NCBI GenBank assembly: GCA_028818155.1
Contig: JAPPOH010000014.1
Location: 75,042-139,041 of the forward strand
DNA from: Candidatus Woesearchaeota archaeon
GTDB taxonomy: Archaea > Nanobdellota > Nanobdellia > Woesearchaeales > UBA525
DNA: 64,000 nt
Reading direction: 5' to 3'
Below the pieces are notes generated by a model. The model saw only the letters and a list, made by a program, of their open reading frames with translations, ran no database searches and was not told where the DNA came from. The position numbers and the translations under genes were made by a program. This document shows, piece by piece, positions 62,295-64,000 of the stretch; positions within the stretch are counted from its first letter, which is position 1; each line of letters opens with the position of its first letter.

Positions 62295-62444
62295 ATGAGA
62301 AATGTGCCTTTGTGGAGCAAACTATGGAAGAGCATTGTTGCTTTGAGTGTTATCTTTGCACTAGTTAGTCCTACAAGTTTACGAATGAGTAACTCATTCA
62401 TTGCAATTTTGATCGGCGTTACAGTAAGTATTGCTTTGTATTGA
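62295..62444 (+). CDS. 49-aa two-TM membrane peptide (below the ORF-track cutoff)
   Basis: Translation: MRNVPLWSKLWKSIVALSVIFALVSPTSLRMSNSFIAILIGVTVSIALY. Preceded by conserved motif copy A. Confidence 0.3.
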   Translation: MRNVPLWSKLWKSIVALSVIFALVSPTSLRMSNSFIAILIGVTVSIALY

Positions 62445-62656
62445 CATTTCATAGAATTCACCAATCGTGCAAAAATATATTTGCGAAACATCCATACAGA
62501 CGTAAAATTTATTAAAAAGACCATACTACAGGAGAAACGTTGGTAGCGTTCTAGAAAAAAAAAGGCGTTTCGTGAAAAAGTCATGCGTGATATGGCTGAG
62601 ATTGCAGGACTTGTTATTTTCTTATATGTTCTTTGGCTACTCTTCCGACCGCTGCT

Positions 62657-63829
62657 CTAGAACAAGAACGATTTCACGAATGGGATGATTAAGAGTACAA
62701 CTAACAGCACTAACGTGCACACGCTGATTTTCTTCCACCACCAGTCGCCTCTCTTATTGTTCCCTGTGATTTGCCGTGATGCTTCACGCACCATCTGCCC
62801 ACCATCGAGTGGACCGATCGGCAGCAGATTTGCAAGGCCGATACCGAGACTGAGTAAGATAATCCAGTTCACAAACTCTTTGAACCATAGCATGAATCCG
62901 AGGGCAGCGTTGAACCATGGTTCGTTGATCCTTGGCACCCTGTTTTCTTTCAAGTTTACGCCCATATATGCAATTCCTGGTTTCTCTGGATGCTCTGCTG
63001 TTTGAAACTGGAATGGTCCTTCGTTCGTGCCGAGCCTCACTACCTCTCCCACTTTCGCAGTTACGAGTTCCTCGTTCAGTTCTGCCATTGTGCTGATCTG
63101 TTTATCATTCACGCTCGTGATCGTGAGGCCTGCAGTCATGCCTGCTTCCAACGCTGGGAATTCTTCTTCTAGGCTAACAACATCAATGCCTGCTGGCTGT
63201 GTCATCGCGCTCGTTGCTGGCACGATGGCATATATCATAAGCACCATGAGCAGTAAGGCCGAGAGGACATTGCTCCATGGACCTGCTGCGAAGAGAGAAT
63301 ATTTGACCGTTTCGTGCTGCTTCGCTACGTGCTTCTCGTCTGGCTCCACGAACGCACCACCAATAGGGCCGAAGACGAGTAATCCTGAGCTCTTAATCCG
63401 AATGCCGTGTGCTCTCCCCACGACGCCGTGGCTGAACTCGTGAATCACGATCACGATGAACAGGGCGAGCCAGCCCGTGATTAAAGGCACATGCAGGTCA
63501 AACCCTGGCACTTTGAAGCCTGGGATAACCGGGCTCACGACGGGGGCGGCCTCAGGATTTGTTAAGAGGTTCCAGAATCCGCCGATGAGATTGATGATAA
63601 TGAAGACCATGCCGATAAACCCGACGCCGAGGCCGATGTAGCCTAATACTTGGACGAGGCCTTTGTACTTCTTACCCCATTTCTGCATGAGTTTGAGGCC
63701 TACTTTCGTCCTGTACAGGCCGATGCCGAACGTTTGCCAGTCGATATGCTTTCGCACGCTGATAATGATGAGTATCAGGATCGTGTAGAAAAGGATCGCT
63801 GCTTGGTTGTTCACGAAGAACTCTTGCAT
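62657..63829 (-). CDS. site-2 protease (M50 family) with PDZ-like insert
   Basis: HEFSHG zinc motif in a TM helix, a second LANLLPIGPLDGG motif, and multiple TM helices. Confidence 0.85.
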   Translation of the reverse strand: MQEFFVNNQAAILFYTILILIIISVRKHIDWQTFGIGLYRTKVGLKLMQKWGKKYKGLVQVLGYIGLGVGFIGMVFIIINLIGGFWNLLTNPEAAPVVSPVIPGFKVPGFDLHVPLITGWLALFIVIVIHEFSHGVVGRAHGIRIKSSGLLVFGPIGGAFVEPDEKHVAKQHETVKYSLFAAGPWSNVLSALLLMVLMIYAIVPATSAMTQPAGIDVVSLEEEFPALEAGMTAGLTITSVNDKQISTMAELNEELVTAKVGEVVRLGTNEGPFQFQTAEHPEKPGIAYMGVNLKENRVPRINEPWFNAALGFMLWFKEFVNWIILLSLGIGLANLLPIGPLDGGQMVREASRQITGNNKRGDWWWKKISVCTLVLLVVLLIIPFVKSFLF

Positions 63830-63842
63830 GGCCCTTGTGTCT

Positions 63843-63869
63843 GAGAGGCGTATTTAAATATTGCCTCTC
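63843..63869. promoter_or_regulatory. TATA box flanked by a perfect 7-bp inverted repeat (GAGAGGC-N13-GCCTCTC)
   Basis: TATTTAAATA is centred about 27 nt upstream of the protease ATG (63829) and lies between the repeat arms. Confidence 0.5.
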
Positions 63870-64000
63870 TCTTGTTATTCTTCCTGAGTGGTTTGTGGCA
63901 GTTTAGAGGGCCCGCTCAAGCTTGGTATTCTCTGAATAGCAACCCTCTACACTTTTAAATGAACCTGGTTATGGCCGATTTCTGTGTATTCTTGTTTGTA

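Noticed and set aside
62264-62584. The 106-aa minus-strand ORF between the ABC permease and the site-2 protease genes.
   Set aside because: Odd composition, no promoter or coupling signal, and it overlaps a more plausible small plus-strand membrane-peptide ORF. Coding status cannot be supported.
63903-63948. The inverted repeat TAGAGGG-N32-CCCTCTA near the window end, considered as a small structured RNA.
   Set aside because: No tRNA-like or C/D or H/ACA box features, no well-placed promoter, and the region is truncated by the window edge.

Overview
Gene-dense archaeal chromosomal window; nearly everything is coding. Archaeal hallmarks are aIF5A with the hypusine loop, ABCE1, family-B DNA polymerase, SMC, type-2 RNase H, a tRNA with a bulge-helix-bulge intron, and TATA boxes about 25 nt upstream of start codons. 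First genes of operons therefore look leaderless, while internal genes are chained by ATGA or short overlaps. The lineage cannot be fixed from sequence alone; a giant Cys-rich surface protein next to a lean housekeeping set suggests an uncultivated, possibly DPANN-like archaeon (inference). All family calls are motif recognition by eye; no database search was run. Housekeeping genes: cysS, valS, polB, smc, rnhB, aIF5A, ABCE1, an Mre11-like nuclease, threonine dehydratase and tRNA-Thr(CGU). Notable content: (1) a copper-resistance operon (ArsR, multicopper oxidase, small lipoprotein, DUF4396) sharing a recurring Met/Cys/His motif MPCHQMPDGxWMGxC; (2) SMC interrupted in its Walker A loop by a 548-aa LAGLIDADG intein; (3) an operon encoding a 2641-aa secreted Cys-rich mosaic protein; (4) a toxin-like island between cysS and the valS operon, with two paralogous proteins ending in an RNxxxH HEPN-like motif (one split or deleted) flanking an RHH plus PIN pair; (5) two wHTH-nucleotidyltransferase plus HEPN-like pairs, one translationally coupled to polB; (6) a seven-gene glycogen operon with both an archaeal-type and a eukaryote-type (GT3) glycogen synthase and two paralogous unknown proteins; (7) RNase HII with a C-terminal domain resembling the N-terminal domain of bacterial RNase HIII. 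No rRNA, CRISPR array or transposase was seen.
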